The translations under genes and the position numbers were made by a program. Positions 1 to 10,354 of a stretch of DNA of 64,000 bases are shown in pieces (the first letter of the stretch is position 1; every line of letters begins with the position of its first letter). Location of the stretch: positions 19,927 to 83,926 of the forward strand of contig JAUSEW010000002.1 of assembly GCA_030651475.1 (NCBI GenBank). The letters run 5' to 3'. Source of the stretch: Candidatus Levyibacteriota bacterium. Lineage in GTDB: Bacteria; Patescibacteriota; Microgenomatia; Levybacterales; UBA12049. The notes beneath the pieces are model-generated. The model was not told the DNA's origin, made no database searches, and saw only the letters and a program-made list of their open reading frames with translations.

Positions 1-66
1 ATCTTCCTCAAACCTTCAGTTTCTAATTGCTAATTTAGGTTTTATTTGTTATCCTATGTAGGAATT

Positions 67-627
67 ATGGACAATACGGTTTCGGAAATGCGGCAGAAGA
101 TGGCAAAGGTTTTGGAGGTTATCAGAGGGGATTTGGCAACGGTTAGAACCGGAAGGGCGACTCCGGCTTTGGTAGAAAATATAGCAGTAAGCGTATATGG
201 AGGAGCGCAAAGGCTTCGAATTATGGAGCTTGCCACAATTGGCGCTTCGGAATCAAATGTTTTGACTCTTACTCCTTTTGATAATTCAATTCTTGACGAA
301 ATTCAAAAAGGAATTTTGGCGGCAAATGTCGGATTAACTCCTTCAACAGACGGACATGTCATCCGCATTATTATTCCGTCTCTTTCCGAAGAAAGGCGCC
401 AGGAATTGACCAAACTTGTGGGACAGAAATTGGAAAACGGCAGAATTATGCTGCGCCAGGTTCGGCATGAGGCAATGGATAGTGTAAAAAAACAATTTAG
501 CGATAAATTAGTTTCCAAAGACGAACTTATGAGACTTGAGAAAGACATACAAAAAGTAACAGACGACATAATGGGGCAGATAGAATTGTTAAGAGAAAAT
601 AAAGAAGCGGAGTTAATGCAGATATAA
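67..627 (+). CDS. frr: ribosome recycling factor
   Basis: RTGRATP and LSEERRQEL motifs; start placed at ATG 67. Confidence 0.95.
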   Translation: MDNTVSEMRQKMAKVLEVIRGDLATVRTGRATPALVENIAVSVYGGAQRLRIMELATIGASESNVLTLTPFDNSILDEIQKGILAANVGLTPSTDGHVIRIIIPSLSEERRQELTKLVGQKLENGRIMLRQVRHEAMDSVKKQFSDKLVSKDELMRLEKDIQKVTDDIMGQIELLRENKEAELMQI

Positions 628-631
628 ATTT

Positions 632-1711
632 ATGGCGAAAAAAATAAGAGTTGGTATCATCGGCGTTGGAAATTGCTTCTCCGGACTAATTCAAGGAATA
701 GAATATTATAAAAAAAACAGAACCAAAGAACCAATCGGTTTAATGCACCCGAAAATCGGACAATACTCTTTTGAAGACATAGAATTTGTTTCCGCCTTTG
801 ATGTCGGCGTCAATAAAATCGGCCAGACTTTGGACAAAGCAGTATTTGCCTCTCCAAATTTGGTGAAATGGACAAAACTTCCCAAGAGCAAAGTTATCGT
901 CAGGGAATCTCCTGTTCTGGATGGGGTGGGATTTTATGTAGAAAACAGAATTAAACCGCTGGCAAAACCAACACCAATCGGTATCCTGGAAAAACAAATT
1001 ATTGCTGAAATCAAGAAATCGAAAACCGAAATTTTGGTAAACTATTTGCCCGTAGGAAGCCAAAAAGCGACTGAATTTTGGGCAGAGATTGCCTTGAAAA
1101 CAGGATGCGCTTTCGTAAATTGTCTTCCGGCTTTCATCGCTTCGAAAGAAAATTGGGCCAAAAGATTTAAAGACAAAAGAATTCCAATTATCGGAGATGA
1201 CATCAAGGGGCAAATCGGAGCGACGATTGTCCACCGCGTTTTGGCTCGCCTTTGCGATGACAGAGGAGCAACGATAGATAAAACTTACCAGATAAATGTC
1301 GGCGGCAACACGGACTTTTTAAATATGCTGGAAAGAACCAGATTGGAAAGCAAAAAAATCAGCAAAACGCAAGCAGTCACCAGCCAAATAAGTAAGGATA
1401 TCCATGCGGATAAGGTTTATATCGGGCCTTCGGATTTCATACCTTTCCTGGGAAATACGAAGCTGGCTTTTATCAGAATTGAAGGTAGAATGTTCGCCGA
1501 TATCCCGTATTCAATTGAATTGAGGCTGGATGTTGACGATAAATCAAACAGCGCGGGAGTGGTTATTGACGCCATACGCTGTGCAAGGCTGGCGTTAGAC
1601 AGAAAACTAGGCGGATATCAGGAAGTAAGTTCATATTTCATGAAGCACCCGCTAGTTCAAGAAACCGACAGTGACGCGAAACAAATCGTCGAAGACTTTA
1701 TTAAAAATTAA
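632..1711 (+). CDS. ino1: myo-inositol-1-phosphate synthase
   Basis: GVGNC Rossmann start, IIGDDIKGQIGAT, NVGGNTDFLNM, SKKISKT, NSAG motifs. Confidence 0.92.
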   Translation: MAKKIRVGIIGVGNCFSGLIQGIEYYKKNRTKEPIGLMHPKIGQYSFEDIEFVSAFDVGVNKIGQTLDKAVFASPNLVKWTKLPKSKVIVRESPVLDGVGFYVENRIKPLAKPTPIGILEKQIIAEIKKSKTEILVNYLPVGSQKATEFWAEIALKTGCAFVNCLPAFIASKENWAKRFKDKRIPIIGDDIKGQIGATIVHRVLARLCDDRGATIDKTYQINVGGNTDFLNMLERTRLESKKISKTQAVTSQISKDIHADKVYIGPSDFIPFLGNTKLAFIRIEGRMFADIPYSIELRLDVDDKSNSAGVVIDAIRCARLALDRKLGGYQEVSSYFMKHPLVQETDSDAKQIVEDFIKN

Positions 1712-1714
1712 TTC

Positions 1715-2827
1715 ATGTTTTTAACTATTTTGGTTTTCATCTTAATCCTAAGTGTTCTTGTTCTCATTCATGAAGCAGGACATTTTTTTATGGCAAAAAA
1801 GTTCGGAATAAAAGTAGAAGAATTCGGCTTTGGGCTTCCTCCAAGAATTTTTGGCAAGAAAATTGGCGAGACAATTTATTCTTTGAACTGGCTGCCAATC
1901 GGAGGATTTGTCAAACTTTATGGAGAAGACGACGCCGGAGCGGGACGAGTTAAAAATTCAAAGTTAAAAATTAAAAGTGGGAATATTGGTAGGGCGTTTT
2001 TCGCCAGACCTGCTTGGCAAAGAGCAATGGTTATCGGCGCCGGAGTAGCGATGAATTTTTTGCTCGCAGTTGTAATTATCTCATACCTTTTTGGCGTAGT
2101 CGGAGTAGGAATTCCGGGCAATAAAGTAATAGTCGCAGGTGTTGCCAAAGATGCTCCGGCATATAAAGCCGGATTTATGGTCGGAGATGTTATAGAAAAT
2201 ATAAATGGCGTCAAGATTATTGATCCTGGGCAATTAATTGAAATTACCAAAAACCATCTGGGGAAAAATATAACAGTCAAAATTATCCGAGATTCCAAAG
2301 AAAAGATTCTAAATATAGAACCGCGTAAAACTTACCCAACCAATGAAGGACCGATGGGGATTGCCATAACGCAAAATGTCGAGATAAAAAAATATCCTTG
2401 GTATGAGGCGCCAATCGTTGGTACGAAAGAAGCGCTGAAAAATTCCTGGCTTATCATAGAAGGACTGGGAACGGTTGTTTACGGATTGTTTGTTCAGGGA
2501 GCTTTGCCTAAAGACGTTGCCGGGCCAATTGGCATTGCGCAATTAACAGGACAAGTAGTAACTATGGGAACATTGGCAACTCTTTCCTTCGTATCTTTGC
2601 TTTCTCTAAACCTCGCAATTCTAAATATACTGCCAATTCCGGCGTTGGATGGAGGAAGATTATTTTTCATAATTATTGAGGCTGTGACGAGAAAAAAAGT
2701 AAATCAGAGATTTGAAGCTTGGGCGCACACCGTAGGAATGGTCATTCTTCTTACTTTAATTGCGGTTATTACAGTTCATGACCTGATAAGAGTTATAACC
2801 GGTCAGCCAATTCTTCCAAAACCATAG
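1715..2827 (+). CDS. rseP: RIP/M50 intramembrane metalloprotease with PDZ domain
   Basis: HEAGH, NILPIPALDGG, PDZ-like segment. Confidence 0.93.
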   Translation: MFLTILVFILILSVLVLIHEAGHFFMAKKFGIKVEEFGFGLPPRIFGKKIGETIYSLNWLPIGGFVKLYGEDDAGAGRVKNSKLKIKSGNIGRAFFARPAWQRAMVIGAGVAMNFLLAVVIISYLFGVVGVGIPGNKVIVAGVAKDAPAYKAGFMVGDVIENINGVKIIDPGQLIEITKNHLGKNITVKIIRDSKEKILNIEPRKTYPTNEGPMGIAITQNVEIKKYPWYEAPIVGTKEALKNSWLIIEGLGTVVYGLFVQGALPKDVAGPIGIAQLTGQVVTMGTLATLSFVSLLSLNLAILNILPIPALDGGRLFFIIIEAVTRKKVNQRFEAWAHTVGMVILLTLIAVITVHDLIRVITGQPILPKP

Positions 2828-2842
2828 AATAGTATAGAAAAT

Positions 2843-3649
2843 ATGAACAAAAGTTTGCAAGAACTAAGACAAAGCTTCGTCAGGTTCTTTCTCAAGGCGG
2901 AAAAAGCAAAATTTACAGATAGGGAAGGACTAACTTTGGTTACAGTTGAGTCTCAAACGAAAGGATTAGGGATTGCAAAACAAATATTATATTTGTTAAC
3001 GGAGAAAAACCCAAATACCGTGCTCTTCCTTTCCGGAGGAAAAACGCCGGAAGATTTATACAGGCAGATTACCGAAGAAGCAAGGCTAAAAGTCGAAGCC
3101 GTTGCGATGGTGGATGAACGATTTGGACCCCGTCTGCATAACAACAGCAATGAAAGAATGATTGGGGAAACAGGATTTTGGTCGTATCTTGAAAAGAAGA
3201 AAATTTCGTTCTATTCAATCTTACGATTACACCCCAAGGGTGTAGCCTCAGACTTTGTGAGAGATTATGATAGAAAGGTTAAATATCTTCTAGGGCATTT
3301 TTCAAAAAAGATCGCAGTTTTGGGCATTGGAAAAGACGGTCATACGGCAGGAATAGCTCCCAACAGAAAAGATTTTATTAATCCTCTTTTTTCGAAATCT
3401 TTATTGGTTGGGTCATTTAAGGATCATAGGAGTATGGATGAGGGAGGTTTTGGGACAAGAATAACCTTAACCTTTGAAGCATTAAGGAAAATGGATATAT
3501 TATTGGTGTTGGCTTTTGGAGAAGAAAAAAAAGAGGCTCTTAGAAAAATGTTCAATAGGGGATCATTGGAGGAAATTCCAGCAAGATTTTATACGTCGGA
3601 ACCGCAAATTGTTCAAAGAACTATTTTAATTACGGATCAGAAAGTATAA
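2843..3649 (+). CDS. pgl: 6-phosphogluconolactonase
   Basis: LSGGKTP, VDER, LGIGKDGHTA, RITLT motifs; next to zwf. Confidence 0.85.
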   Translation: MNKSLQELRQSFVRFFLKAEKAKFTDREGLTLVTVESQTKGLGIAKQILYLLTEKNPNTVLFLSGGKTPEDLYRQITEEARLKVEAVAMVDERFGPRLHNNSNERMIGETGFWSYLEKKKISFYSILRLHPKGVASDFVRDYDRKVKYLLGHFSKKIAVLGIGKDGHTAGIAPNRKDFINPLFSKSLLVGSFKDHRSMDEGGFGTRITLTFEALRKMDILLVLAFGEEKKEALRKMFNRGSLEEIPARFYTSEPQIVQRTILITDQKV

Positions 3650-3658
3650 TATAGTTAT

Positions 3659-5122
3659 ATGCAGAGTTCTTTTGTAATGGTTATTTTTGGTGCAACCGGT
3701 GATTTGGCGCAAAACAAACTTATCCCCTCGCTTTTTTCTCTTTTCAAACAAAAACAACTACCAACAGACTTTTTTATAGTAGGTTTTTCAAGAAGAGAAC
3801 TTAGCGACAGCGATTTTGGATCATATTTCAAAGCTCTTCAAGATAAAGAAGGATGGAATGAGTTTGCCAAACATTTATCTTACCAAAAAGGAAGCTTTGA
3901 TGACATAAGCGGATATTCAGAGCTTATAGATAAACTTAAAAAACTTGACGACAAAATCGGCGCGTGCGTAACTCGCTTTTTTTACCTTGCCACTCCTCCG
4001 GATCATTATCAAAATATTCTTAAGTTTTTGCGGGAAACTAAACTATCGGAGGGGTGCGGTCCCCACTTCGCCCCGCTAAGCGGGGCTTCGAGGAGCAAGC
4101 AAGAGAGTAAGTGGACAAGGATAATTATTGAGAAACCTTTCGGTAAGGATCTAGAGACTGCAAAAGCATTGGATATGAAGCTTTCCGAAGTCTTTGAGGA
4201 GAAACAAATTTTTAGGGTGGATCATTACTTGGGTAAAGAAACAATGCAAAATATTATTGCTTTTAGATTTGCCAATGGAATTTTTGAGCCGGTTTGGAAT
4301 AAAAATTTTATAGACCATGTGCAAATTACTTGGGCGGAGGAACAAGGTGTAAAAGAAAGGGGAAATTTTTTTGACGGAGTAGGATTACTTCGGGATGTCG
4401 GACAAAATCATTTGATGCAGCTTGTTACGGCAGTTGCTATGGAAAGCCCGAAGAGTTTTTCCAAAGAAGGAGTCAGAGATGCAAGAGCAGAGGTTATTAA
4501 AAAAATCCGTTGCGTAGAATCAAGTGAAGTTTCGAAAAATATAGTTAGGGGTCAATATGAAAATTATAGATCGGAAAAAAATGTAGCGAAAAATTCCAAT
4601 ACGGAAACATTCGTTGCTATGAAAATTTTTGTTGATACGGATCGGATGGCAGGCGTGCCTTTTTATATAAGAATGGGTAAAAAAATGCCCAAAAATTTAG
4701 TTGAAATATCTGTTGTTTTTATACAGACTTGCCACATTTTGTTTAAAGAATATGGCTGTCCTGAAATAGGAAATGTTTTGGTGTTTAGAATTCAGCCGGA
4801 TGAAGGAATTAATCTTCGCGTCATCGCAAAAAAGCCCGGCGCCAAGCTTTCTCTAGGAACCGTTAATATGAATTTTTCCTACGAAGATCAATTTAGGACA
4901 AATGGAGCAGATGCGTACGAGAAAGTGCTTCTTGATATTTTTGCAGGCGATCAAATGCTTTTCAATAGATCGGATGAGTTGGAAAGTTCATGGGAATTTA
5001 TAACAAAAATTTTGAAAGGATGGGCTAATTTAGGGGTTGAACCCCTAAAGTATAAGGCGGGAACTTGGGGACCGGAAGAGGCGGAGGCGCTAATCGAAAA
5101 AGACGGGAGGAAGTGGATATAA
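3659..5122 (+). CDS. zwf: glucose-6-phosphate dehydrogenase
   Basis: GATGDLA, EKPFG, RVDHYLGKE. Confidence 0.97.
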   Translation: MQSSFVMVIFGATGDLAQNKLIPSLFSLFKQKQLPTDFFIVGFSRRELSDSDFGSYFKALQDKEGWNEFAKHLSYQKGSFDDISGYSELIDKLKKLDDKIGACVTRFFYLATPPDHYQNILKFLRETKLSEGCGPHFAPLSGASRSKQESKWTRIIIEKPFGKDLETAKALDMKLSEVFEEKQIFRVDHYLGKETMQNIIAFRFANGIFEPVWNKNFIDHVQITWAEEQGVKERGNFFDGVGLLRDVGQNHLMQLVTAVAMESPKSFSKEGVRDARAEVIKKIRCVESSEVSKNIVRGQYENYRSEKNVAKNSNTETFVAMKIFVDTDRMAGVPFYIRMGKKMPKNLVEISVVFIQTCHILFKEYGCPEIGNVLVFRIQPDEGINLRVIAKKPGAKLSLGTVNMNFSYEDQFRTNGADAYEKVLLDIFAGDQMLFNRSDELESSWEFITKILKGWANLGVEPLKYKAGTWGPEEAEALIEKDGRKWI

Positions 5123-5233
5123 AGAAAATTCAAAAATCAAATCTCAAAAATCAAAAATAAAGTTTGTAATATTGGGATTTGTAATTTAGAGTTTATTTAG
5201 GATTTAAATATTAGAAATTAGAATTTAAAAAGT

Positions 5234-5557
5234 ATGAATATAACGTTTGATGAGTTTAAAAAGCTTGATATTAGAGTTGGGAAGATTTTGAGTGCGGAGA
5301 AAATTGAGGGAACGGATAAATTGTTGAAATTGGAAGTTGATTTCTCTGATTTTCGCCGTCAAATTGTGTCGGGAATAGCACAGTTTTATAAACCCGAAGA
5401 TTTGGTTGGGAAACTTTCTCCATTTATTCTTAATTTAGAACCAAGGGTAATGCGTGGAGTTGAAAGTCAGGGAATGCTTATGGCAGTTGATGTTGATGGC
5501 AAAGCAGTGCTTTTGAAACCTCTCAAAAAAGTCCCCGCAGGAAGTGCGATAGGATAA
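5234..5557 (+). CDS. stand-alone tRNA-binding OB-fold protein (MetRS C-terminal/Trbp111-like)
   Basis: FKKLDIRVGKI, RQIVSGIA, GVESQGML. Confidence 0.88.
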   Translation: MNITFDEFKKLDIRVGKILSAEKIEGTDKLLKLEVDFSDFRRQIVSGIAQFYKPEDLVGKLSPFILNLEPRVMRGVESQGMLMAVDVDGKAVLLKPLKKVPAGSAIG

Positions 5558-5561
5558 AAAT

Positions 5562-6449
5562 ATGAAATTTGGGTTTATTGGATTGGGAAAAATGGGTTCA
5601 AGAATGGTTGGAAAACTTCTTCAAGAAGGGCACGAGGTTGTGGCGTGGAATCGATCGGATAATGAATTAAAAAATACAGAAACCGTTGAAGAGTTAGTAA
5701 AGAGTTTAGGAAAACCTAGAATTGTTTGGTCGATGGTGCCGGCAGGGGAGGCAACGGAAGATATTTTAGATGAAGTTTTAAAGTTTATAGAAAAAGGCGA
5801 TATCGTTATCGACGGAGGAAATTCTCATTTTAAAGATACTCAAAGAAGATTTGATAACTTCAAGAAGAAGGGAATTAGATTTTTGGGAATAGGAGTATCG
5901 GGTGGGATTATTGCGGCAAAAGAAGGATATCCGATGATGGTTGGAGGAGATAAATCAGCATATGAACTTATCAAACCTATTTTAAGCTCACTGGCGAAAC
6001 CGCATGGCGGACATGAATATTTCGGTATTGGCGGAGCAGGACATTTCGTCAAAATGCTTCATAACGGAATAGAGTACGGAATTATGCAAAGTCTTGGAGA
6101 GGGGTTTGAGGTTTTGGAAAAAGCTCCATATAAATTAGATTTATTGAAAGTCGCCAAACTTTGGCAAAAAGGAACGCTTGTTTCCGGTTTTATGCTCGAC
6201 AGAACAGTTGAAGTTTTTGCAAAAGACCCGACGCTATCCGATATTCAAGGCATTATTGCCGAATCCGGTGAAGCACGGTGGACTATTGATCAGGCCAAAG
6301 AAGAAGGAGTAAGAGTTGAGATTATTGAAAGGTCTTTGGATTACAGAAAAAGGTCGCAAAGAGATAAAAAAATCCAGAATTCTTTTACGGCCAAATTAGT
6401 TGCCGCCCTCCGTAATGCTTTCGGAGGTCACAAAGTTAAAAAGATTTGA
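5562..6449 (+). CDS. gnd: 6-phosphogluconate dehydrogenase, short form
   Basis: GLGKMG, IDGGNS, GAGHFVKMLHNGIEYG, RNAFGGH. Confidence 0.95.
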   Translation: MKFGFIGLGKMGSRMVGKLLQEGHEVVAWNRSDNELKNTETVEELVKSLGKPRIVWSMVPAGEATEDILDEVLKFIEKGDIVIDGGNSHFKDTQRRFDNFKKKGIRFLGIGVSGGIIAAKEGYPMMVGGDKSAYELIKPILSSLAKPHGGHEYFGIGGAGHFVKMLHNGIEYGIMQSLGEGFEVLEKAPYKLDLLKVAKLWQKGTLVSGFMLDRTVEVFAKDPTLSDIQGIIAESGEARWTIDQAKEEGVRVEIIERSLDYRKRSQRDKKIQNSFTAKLVAALRNAFGGHKVKKI

Positions 6450-7869
6450 GGGCATTGGCAATTATTTTCTTTAGTTTTTCTTCATCTGCTTCGACGAAAA
6501 TCGGTTTATTGGCGAAATTAGATTTAATTGGTCCTTTCTTGCGTATAACTTTAGTCTCCGTAATAAACTCCTCATAAAGCTCGCCGCGATGATAGCGGAC
6601 AGTATAATCAGGATCTTTTAAAATGTGTCCGGTAAGAATTGCAATAACGATTTCATTTTTGTCAAACGCTACATCAGTTCCCTCTTTGACGATTTTTTTA
6701 AGCCCTGCAATAGTAACTGCCGACGCAGGTTCGCAACCAATTCCATCTCTACCAATTATCGCTTTAGCATCGGCAATTTCCTGTTCTGTTACTTGAGCTA
6801 CCCATCCGTCAGTTTCTTTTATCCCGTCCATTGCTTTTTTCCAAGAAATTGGATTTCCGATTTTTATGGCAGTTGCCAAAGTTTTGGCATGAACCGCAAT
6901 AAGATTATCAGGATGATTACTGGTGACTGTTTCGTACAGCGGATTGGCGCCTTTTGCCTGAACAACAGTAATTTTGGGCAGTTTTTTAATAAATCCTAGG
7001 CTTTTTAGTTCCCTAAGAGCTTTTCCTATGGATGATGCATGTCCGAGATTTCCTCCGGGGACAACAATTCTGTCCGGCACTTGCCAATCAAGCTGTTCCA
7101 GTAATTCCAAAACCATAGTTTTTTGTCCTTCTATGCGGAAGGGATTGATTGAATTTACAACATAAACATTAAGAAGAGGCGCAACTTTCATAATTAAATC
7201 CATTGCCTTGTCGAAATCTCCGCCGATTTGAATTGTTAGCGCGCCGTAATCCAAAGACTGGGATAGTTTACCAAAGGAAATCTGGCCTTCAGGAATAAGC
7301 ACAATAGGTAGCATTCCTGCTCGTCTTGCATAAGCTGCTTCAGATGCGGAAGTATTGCCGGTTGAAGAGCAGGCGACTGCTTTGGCTCCCAAAATTTTGG
7401 CTTGAGTTATAGCAGCGCTCATCCCGGGATCTTTGAATGAACCCGTAGGATCAAAGCCTTGATGTTTCACCAAAAGTTTGGGGAGTCCTACATATTTTGC
7501 GCAAGTTGGAGCATTCAAAAGAGGAGTATTTCCTTCGCTCATAGTCACTACATTTTTTGGATTATCGCAAAAAGGCATAATTTCTCTAAATCTCCAAACT
7601 CCGCTTCTGTCCTCCTGTTTTGCAGATATTCTTCTAAGTTTCCATAAAGCTTTTAAACTTTCTGGATCCAGATTTTTGGGGAATTTGTATTTGACATCCA
7701 AAATATCATTGCATTTAGGGCAGTTATAAAGAGGATTTGAATTTGCAGGAAATTTGGATTTGCATTTAATGCATTCGATATAGGCGGTATTGGAAAAACC
7801 GGGATTTGCTTTGAGAATTGCTTCGGTTTCTTTGAGAACATTTATTTGGCGGCTGGATTTGGTAGCCAT
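6436..7869 (-). CDS. thrC: threonine synthase
   Basis: PTGSFKD PLP lysine, SSTGNTS, PGGNLG, CEPASA; start placed at ATG 7869. Confidence 0.9.
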   Translation of the reverse strand: MATKSSRQINVLKETEAILKANPGFSNTAYIECIKCKSKFPANSNPLYNCPKCNDILDVKYKFPKNLDPESLKALWKLRRISAKQEDRSGVWRFREIMPFCDNPKNVVTMSEGNTPLLNAPTCAKYVGLPKLLVKHQGFDPTGSFKDPGMSAAITQAKILGAKAVACSSTGNTSASEAAYARRAGMLPIVLIPEGQISFGKLSQSLDYGALTIQIGGDFDKAMDLIMKVAPLLNVYVVNSINPFRIEGQKTMVLELLEQLDWQVPDRIVVPGGNLGHASSIGKALRELKSLGFIKKLPKITVVQAKGANPLYETVTSNHPDNLIAVHAKTLATAIKIGNPISWKKAMDGIKETDGWVAQVTEQEIADAKAIIGRDGIGCEPASAVTIAGLKKIVKEGTDVAFDKNEIVIAILTGHILKDPDYTVRYHRGELYEEFITETKVIRKKGPIKSNFANKPIFVEADEEKLKKIIANALKSF

Positions 7870-7961
7870 AAAATTTGCGGATGAAAGAGTTTGGTTAAAC
7901 TTACCAGAATAAACCCCCAAAGTCAAGAAAAAGGAACAGAGAAGAGTATTGAGATTATCGT

Positions 7962-8567
7962 TTATTCTCTTGAAAGTGGATTGTCTTGAGGCATACCACG
8001 TCCTTGGATGATAAGAGTCTGTGCACCATTAAGTACTTTTTGGATAAAACACTCGCGATCGTAAGGAGTAGCGTGTCTAAAGTCTTCCAGCCCTATAGCA
8101 GATATTGTATATACGTGGTGGTCTCCATTCGTAATTATTATATCTCTCGAAGACGCAAATATTTGATTTCGTATCATTTGTTCTTTTTCATCCTTCGTTA
8201 ATTTTCTAAGATCTAATTCCGCTCTAATAACATTATCTGCCAAGTCTGTTGTTAAAGATACGAGCGGTGGTTTGCTGGTTGGTTTTTCGGTAATGGGAGA
8301 AGCCATCCTAACCGTAACTTCGTCTGCTCCTTCGATTGACTCTGCTAATTCCTGAAGAGCTCCTTCACGCCCTTTTTTAGAAAAAGGTACTAGCGACACT
8401 TTTATTGCAGGGGTTCTGGTTTTTTTATGCCTATCAAACCAAACAGCCTCGATTGAACTATCTGGATTTTCCTTTTGCGAATAAATAAGCATTGTTGTTT
8501 CCTGTAAAGTAGGATGCCTAAAGCAAAATCTATATGTAGGTATTTGGCCTTTCTCGATATTAGACAT
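7962..8567 (-). CDS. hypothetical protein
   Basis: 201-aa ORF with TATAAT just upstream of ATG. Confidence 0.7.
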   Translation of the reverse strand: MSNIEKGQIPTYRFCFRHPTLQETTMLIYSQKENPDSSIEAVWFDRHKKTRTPAIKVSLVPFSKKGREGALQELAESIEGADEVTVRMASPITEKPTSKPPLVSLTTDLADNVIRAELDLRKLTKDEKEQMIRNQIFASSRDIIITNGDHHVYTISAIGLEDFRHATPYDRECFIQKVLNGAQTLIIQGRGMPQDNPLSRE

Positions 8568-8601
8568 AATATGGAATTATACGCTAATTTTTAGAAAATT
8601 T

Positions 8602-8940
8602 CTATTGCGAGGTAATTTTGCCTCTAACGTTTTGATCTATTTGAGCAGGTTGTCTAAGAATTATTTCTTCTGCATCTGTCATAGCGTTAACGATAAGATT
8701 AATAGCATTAGCTCTTTTGTCCTCAGGCAATTTCCTTATTGCGTCTACGGCTTGAGAATTTAAAGATAAAGTTGTCCCATTAGGACTTCTTAGAGCAATC
8801 TGAGTTAGATGGCTTCCATTTAGTTGTCCATTCGCAAGTAACTTAAGCTGCTCCTTATTGTATTTTTTTGGATCCACTACTATCGTAGTCCCTTCAGGTC
8901 CAACAGTAATTTTACTCTTTCTGTGTTCTTCGATTGCCAT
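8602..8940 (-). CDS. hypothetical protein
   Basis: 112-aa ORF with TATAAT just upstream of ATG. Confidence 0.7.
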   Translation of the reverse strand: MAIEEHRKSKITVGPEGTTIVVDPKKYNKEQLKLLANGQLNGSHLTQIALRSPNGTTLSLNSQAVDAIRKLPEDKRANAINLIVNAMTDAEEIILRQPAQIDQNVRGKITSQ

Positions 8941-9119
8941 AGTTTTGAATTATATAACAATTTTCGAAAATATGCTATACATTTCCCAGATGATGTATGT
9001 TAGTTGAGCATTGAGTAATCAATTGTTCATTATAGAACACCGCTATAGCGTACTGATGCACGGAGATTGGGAAAATTGTTTTTGCCTCAAAACAAGCTTT
9101 CTGGTAGAATAGCTCCACT

Positions 9120-9995
9120 ATGAAAGAGAGAGAAGTGTCGCAATTTGGATCAAATCCAGAATTCGCAATAAGCAAAGATCAAAAGGAACGATTTATTACT
9201 CGTAGAATGGTAGTAAAAATTGGAAGTAGTACCTTGTCTAAGGATGGTGATCCGCTCAATAGGGTGTTTATGGATAGTATTGCTTGCCAATCAAGCAGGC
9301 TTTTTAAAAGTGGAGTTGAGCTTCTTATTGTTTCATCAGGAGCTGTGGTAAGTGGGGATTGGCTAATTAGAGAAAGGGGGATCAATATAAATCAACTTTT
9401 TTCAGGTCACCTGCAGAGCTTAACGGAAAAAGAGGGGAAAGTTTTTTTAGATAGAGTAAGGGCATTTTATGGTCAGGCAGAGTTAATGAGCACATGGAGA
9501 GAGGCTTTTGCACATTACGGAATTTTGGCAGGCCAGGGACTCTATGAAGATAGAAATCTGAAAAAGGAAAACACGAAGGATGTTTTGGAGTCTTGTTGTA
9601 AAATCGGCGTGCCAATAATTAACGCAAACGATGCCGTGAGTGATTTCGAGATGCGACAATTTGCACTTTCTGCCGATAACGATAAGCTTGCCGGGTTTAT
9701 TGCAAGAACCGTAAATGCTGATACTTTGATTCTCTTAACAGATGTTGATGGGGTATTGGATAAGAATGGAGAAGTACTTTCTCACGTTGATAGGCTTGAA
9801 GATATCCAAGAGCTTATAAAAGATACAAGCGGTAGGCCGGGCGGTATGTGGGGTAAAGCCATAGTCGCCAAAACTGCGGCAAGGGATGATAAGCGCGCTT
9901 TTATTGCCAGCGGAAGAGAAAAGGACGTATTGGTTCGAATTGCAAAAGGAGAAAATGTGGGAACTAGATTTAAGAAAGGCTGGATGTTATACTAA
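9120..9995 (+). CDS. proB: glutamate 5-kinase (no PUA domain)
   Basis: VVKIGSS, VSSGAV, PIINAND, DNDKLA, LTDVDG, GGM. Confidence 0.88.
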   Translation: MKEREVSQFGSNPEFAISKDQKERFITRRMVVKIGSSTLSKDGDPLNRVFMDSIACQSSRLFKSGVELLIVSSGAVVSGDWLIRERGININQLFSGHLQSLTEKEGKVFLDRVRAFYGQAELMSTWREAFAHYGILAGQGLYEDRNLKKENTKDVLESCCKIGVPIINANDAVSDFEMRQFALSADNDKLAGFIARTVNADTLILLTDVDGVLDKNGEVLSHVDRLEDIQELIKDTSGRPGGMWGKAIVAKTAARDDKRAFIASGREKDVLVRIAKGENVGTRFKKGWMLY

Positions 9996-9999
9996 AAAT

Positions 10000-10353
10000 A
10001 TGATAAAGACGGTAATTAGTTACGAGGATTTTGATAAAGTAGATATTCGGATCGGGAAAATTATAAAAATAGAAGATTTTCCAGAAGCGAAAAAACCTGC
10101 CTTTAAGCTTACTATCGATTTTGGTTCGGAGGTTGGTATAAAAACTTCCAGCGCACAATTTGTTAAAAACCAGACAAAAGAAGATTTGATGGGGAGGAAA
10201 GTTGCATGCGTTGTAAATTTCGCGCCACGACAGATTGGTCCATTCGTATCGGAAGTTCTCACATTGGGTCCTGACGATGGAACAGAAGATGTAAGCAATT
10301 GGGTCGTGTTGACGCCGTTTAAAGACGTGCCAGTGGGAAGGAATGTAAGGTAA
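10000..10353 (+). CDS. csaA: CsaA-like tRNA-binding protein/chaperone
   Basis: DIRIGKI, SSAQ, VVNFAPRQIG, SEVLTLG; start at ATG 10000. Confidence 0.85.
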   Translation: MIKTVISYEDFDKVDIRIGKIIKIEDFPEAKKPAFKLTIDFGSEVGIKTSSAQFVKNQTKEDLMGRKVACVVNFAPRQIGPFVSEVLTLGPDDGTEDVSNWVVLTPFKDVPVGRNVR

Positions 10354-10354
10354 T

